64,000 bases of DNA from Podarcis muralis (taxonomy: Eukaryota). Both the position numbers and the translations under genes were made by a program. Location of the stretch: NCBI RefSeq assembly GCF_964188315.1, contig NC_135668.1:23250001-23314000 (forward strand), in the 5' to 3' direction. Each line of letters opens with the position of its first letter. The stretch's first letter is position 1. Below are positions 60,330 to 64,000 of this stretch, in pieces. Below the pieces are notes generated by a model that did not search any database, was not told the origin of the DNA, and was given only the letters and a program-made list of their open reading frames with translations.

Positions 60330-60520
60330 ACAAAAGAAGTCGCTTTATACTGAGTCAGGCCGTTGATCCATCTATCACAGTACTATCTACACTGACTATC
60401 TGCAGTTTTCCAGGGTTTCAGACAGAGTTCCCTCCTAGCCCTTCCTGGAGATGCTGGGGATTGAACCTGGGACCTTCTGCATGCAAAGCAGATGCTCTTC
60501 CACTGAGCCATGGCCCTCCC
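60330..60520 (-). mobile_element. tRNA(Ala)-like-head SINE
   Basis: Reverse complement of the 14135 family. Confidence 0.8.
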
Positions 60521-61661
60521 TCTCATTTGTTTTCATTTCCCCCATTGACTATAGCCCAGTCTTTCTCTTTTGTTGGCTTCAGGCCATTGAGGTTTAGATC
60601 TTTGTGGCAAATGGGGGAGGCCAATGCTAAAATTGCCTGGATCATGAATCTTGTGTGAAATCACAGGCTGCACCAACTCCACACTTCACCACCCACTTTC
60701 CAGTCTCATGCAGTAAATCCCAGCTACCCATATTTCCCTTTATCCACCTCTGTGTCTTTTGTGTGTGCCTGCCTAATCATAGAACAACTAGGGGAAACTG
60801 CAAGGCAATGTAATGAGCAAATAATCCCTTTCTTTCATGCCATCTAAGCATGCTCTTTAGCTGTTGGCCTTAGAACCAGGAAAACCTGCTAAACTGCTGG
60901 GACTACAGAAGCCACGGTGCTTCAATTAAACATCCACACGTATATATATGTAAGATTTGCTTTCCTTGAGAAACAAGGCATGCATCTTTACCTATTGCAC
61001 ATGCTAACTTGTCTTGCATCTGCAGTATGCACACTCTGCAAACAGTTGCACGGAAAGCATTCCTGCTCTACTTGAGTTTGCGTCATTGGGCAAAGGAGAT
61101 TACTGCCAACAAAGGCCATGATGGATTGAACCAGAACCATCCTGGCACAAAACATCTGTAAGCTTTGCCAGCTCATTATAGCCTAGCTATTCCGTGTGTC
61201 TTTGGCTTACTCAGCAGAATGAGCCCAAGTGGGGGTAGACAGCTGAGCTGCAGTGCTGTTGATTAAACTAAGATTATTTTGGCTAGGTTTCTCGAAATGT
61301 CTCAGCACTCCTCGCATTTTCCACACAGTTCCAGTATGTTGAAGTAAAACTCTGCAAGATGCTTATAAACAATGCTGTTTTTCTGGCACTGGGACATTTC
61401 GCTGGGAATGTTGGACACATACTTCAGGAAAAGCTTAGAGGAAGGGGGTAGAATTGGGGAAACTTGTTCCCCGTGGAATACAGAAGTCACCAGATTCTCT
61501 TCCCACCTGCAACTGGATAAGATGCTAGAGGGCAACAGTTGCTGCAAATCGCGGTGAAAAGAAAAGAAGGTAGATTGCTTGACTATTAGGATGTAATGTA
61601 GACATCTACACATCCTCCAACCATTATTCATTAGCTATCTTCTGATCACTAATAGTAGCCG

Positions 61662-61854
61662 CCATTTGCCATAGAAGCCAATCGGGAAGGGTGTGTCCAA
61701 ACAACAAATCTGAAAGGGGATATGTGTTCCTGGCACTGATGCAATCCCAGAATTAACAAGCAGCTACATTTGTCCTGGGGATGCCTAGAGCACATCTGAC
61801 CTTCAGATCCACTATTTGGGCACACCCTTCATTATTGCCTTCTATGGCAAATGG
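61662..61854. repeat. Long inverted repeat (about 40-50 bp arms), unassigned
   Basis: Left arm ccatttgccatagaagccaatcgggaagggtgtgtccaaa versus the reverse complement of the right arm, ccatttgccatagaaggcaataatgaagggtgtgcccaaa. Confidence 0.8.
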
Positions 61855-62269
61855 TTATTTGTGTTGACAGGCAGAAGAGAGGATATGGACTTACTGAAAA
61901 ACATACCTGTGATATATTGGGAGTAAAGCAACAATGTTTGCAATAAGTTACCTGAAAGAGGAGGGACTGGCAATGGACAGAGAGGCAATCGATTCTTCTC
62001 TTGGCGATTCCTTCTTGAGTACATGTAAATTGTCTTTCCTTGGGCTTTTACTTCCTTCCTACTTCTCCTCCAAGTCAGTTAGTGTTAGACTTCTTTTTGT
62101 TATAACCTCATGGCTCCATGATTGCCATATTTGAGCTTGCACCCACAATGGCTTTGTTTTCCAGAAGTAATAAATCTTAAGTTTCTTTATTCTTTCAACC
62201 AGCAGTCTTACCAGACAATATATTTCTGTGCTCTGATACCAAACTCCAACATGATGGCATCACTTAGAA

Positions 62270-62535
62270 CGTGGGTAGGCAAACTAAGGCCCAGGGGCCG
62301 GATCCTGCCCAATCACCTTCTAAATCTGGCCCACGGACGGTCCAGGAGCCAGAGTGTTTTTACATGAGTAGAATGTGTCCTTTTATTTAAAATGCTTCTC
62401 TGGGTTATTTGTGGGGCATAGGAATTCGTTCATTCCCCCCCCAAAATATATATATATATATATATAGTCCAGCCCCCCACAAGTTCTGAGGGACAGTGGA
62501 TCCAGCCCCCTGCTGAAAAAAATTGCTGACCCCTG
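62270..62535 (-). mobile_element. hAT MITE, third copy of the family at position 1
   Basis: cgtgggtaggcaaac ... ttgctgacccctg; perfect 8-bp TSD acttagaa (62262-62269, 62536-62543); carries one internal ~70-bp unit. Confidence 0.93.
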
Positions 62536-64000
62536 ACTTAGAAGACATGCGAGATCCCATCCATTTACAACTTAATACCCTCAAAATGTGTCTGTTGTTC
62601 AAGATATGTCAGCTTCCCTTGCCTTACACTATAATTCAACTTAATATCAATACGTTCCGACAAATGTTTTCCGAAACAAAGGTATCTCTTTTCAAGTGGC
62701 TTATTCATACTCTTATATTATTATACAATAACTTGATTTCATTAGCTCTGGGTTTTATAGGCAAACAGGCAACCCACCGCTGCTTGCCAATTTCACTTTT
62801 GGATTCATCTTATATGTCTTCTTTTGGGAGTTGCTTTGATACCAAGCCATCGCCTACAATTTCTTCTGTCACCTTCTCCCTGTGGAGAAGGCAGAGAAGA
62901 CTGCACAATGCACTTCTAAAGCAGTTTATGGAGCAGCCAAGCCAAATGGCTCTAGGATTTTGAATTATCTTTCCCAGCTGCTCCGATACGAGTAATAATG
63001 GAGAGCTGGGAACTATGAGGGGCTGTCAACTGGAATGCAGCCTTTCTCACTTCAAAAGGAAGTAGAAATACCATTGATGGGCAGGCAAAACATGGGTTGG
63101 GACATGGACACAGCTGAAATTTCATACCCTTTTGGTGTTAGACTTCTTGAGCTGGAGGATTTTGTTGCTAGCAAATGGACTTGCGCATAACGTTTGTTGG
63201 ATTACAACAGAGTTTGGAAGCTGGCACCTGCTGAGGAAGCACTCTCCTGATGAATAAAATATCCATTTTGCATGCTTGTAGGCAACGGAGAGAGATTAAT
63301 TCATTAGAGTGGGGTTGAGTTTCTTTACTCTTACTATGTGTCAAAACACCTGTCTGTAGGCATCATATTATGTTGGCAGCAGAGGCGTCACAATACATTT
63401 TTCTTGCTGAGGTGAAAGGCAAGATGGCCGCCACGCTGCCATTCCACACACCGAAGCCTATTGAACTGGCCACTGCGTCTCACTTCAACACAGCAAATAG
63501 AATTTTCCGTAAAATTATGTTGTTGTTACTCTGTTCCATTTCAGTGCAGAGGAAACGAAATACAAATGGGGGGACGTAATCACTTATGTAACGTTTACAG
63601 ACTGAACGCATTGTATTCACTGGATTGATTTCCATTCTGGACATGAGGCGAATAAGGCAACTTCTGTTTTTGTCAGAATTCTCTGACATCCCTAGTTGGA
63701 AGCTCTGCTTTCCAGACCAGGCAAGGATAGAAAACCAGGCCGGTAGTAATGAAACTTAGGCCTAGGCAATCCAGAGGCCTTATATGTCTGTCAATCACAG
63801 GGGACACTGTTGCATGTCCCATTTTACTTTTATGCCTGAGGATGCTAAGCAGGCACAATCCTGGAAAGGAGCCCCTCAGCCTCCTCCTGTGAGGTTCCAA
63901 GGGTTGTATCCAGTGCTAGTTCTATTCAGAATTGACTCATTAAAATTAATGGACCTACATTAGTTATGTCCATTAATTTAAGTGAGTCTACTCCGAGTAG

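Noticed and set aside
51629-64000. Search for the next ADAMTS17 exon (NLGMNHD...) and for U12-type introns
   Set aside because: No matching exon was found by eye (the 188-N gap is unlikely but not excluded as its site). All observed junctions are ordinary GT-AG U2 type.

Overview
Eukaryotic genomic DNA from a squamate, most likely a lacertid lizard (inferred from lacertid-type Sauria SINEs plus BovB, CR1, L2, L1 and hAT/Tigger MITE content). The window is the interior of one + strand gene, ADAMTS17 (secreted zinc metalloprotease). Five coding exons are present: 7666-7838, 14575-14658, 15571-15728, 22181-22224 and 51523-51628. They splice in frame through GT-AG introns and encode the end of the prodomain, the furin site RERR and the catalytic domain up to HELGH(N). 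They appear to correspond to human exons 4-8 (numbering from memory); the flanking exons lie outside the window. The rest is intron, rich in transposable elements, many with readable target-site duplications (TSDs) and nesting order. The main elements are a young 5'-truncated Ty3/Gypsy element (open integrase frame, PPT, 290-bp LTR) antisense in the long intron, seven Sauria SINE copies or fragments, two L1 fragments, five Tigger-like MITEs and several hAT MITEs. There is a 188-N assembly gap. Almost all short ORFs in the track are chance or TE-derived. I found no convincing new gene system. The best leads are an inverted SINE pair bracketing the catalytic exon, the Gypsy fragment and its antisense LTR, an AABBCC-duplicated Tigger-like element, a templated insertion, an unassigned hairpin, and an E-to-M change in a conserved ADAMTS17 loop. 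TE family names come from recalled consensus features, not database searches.
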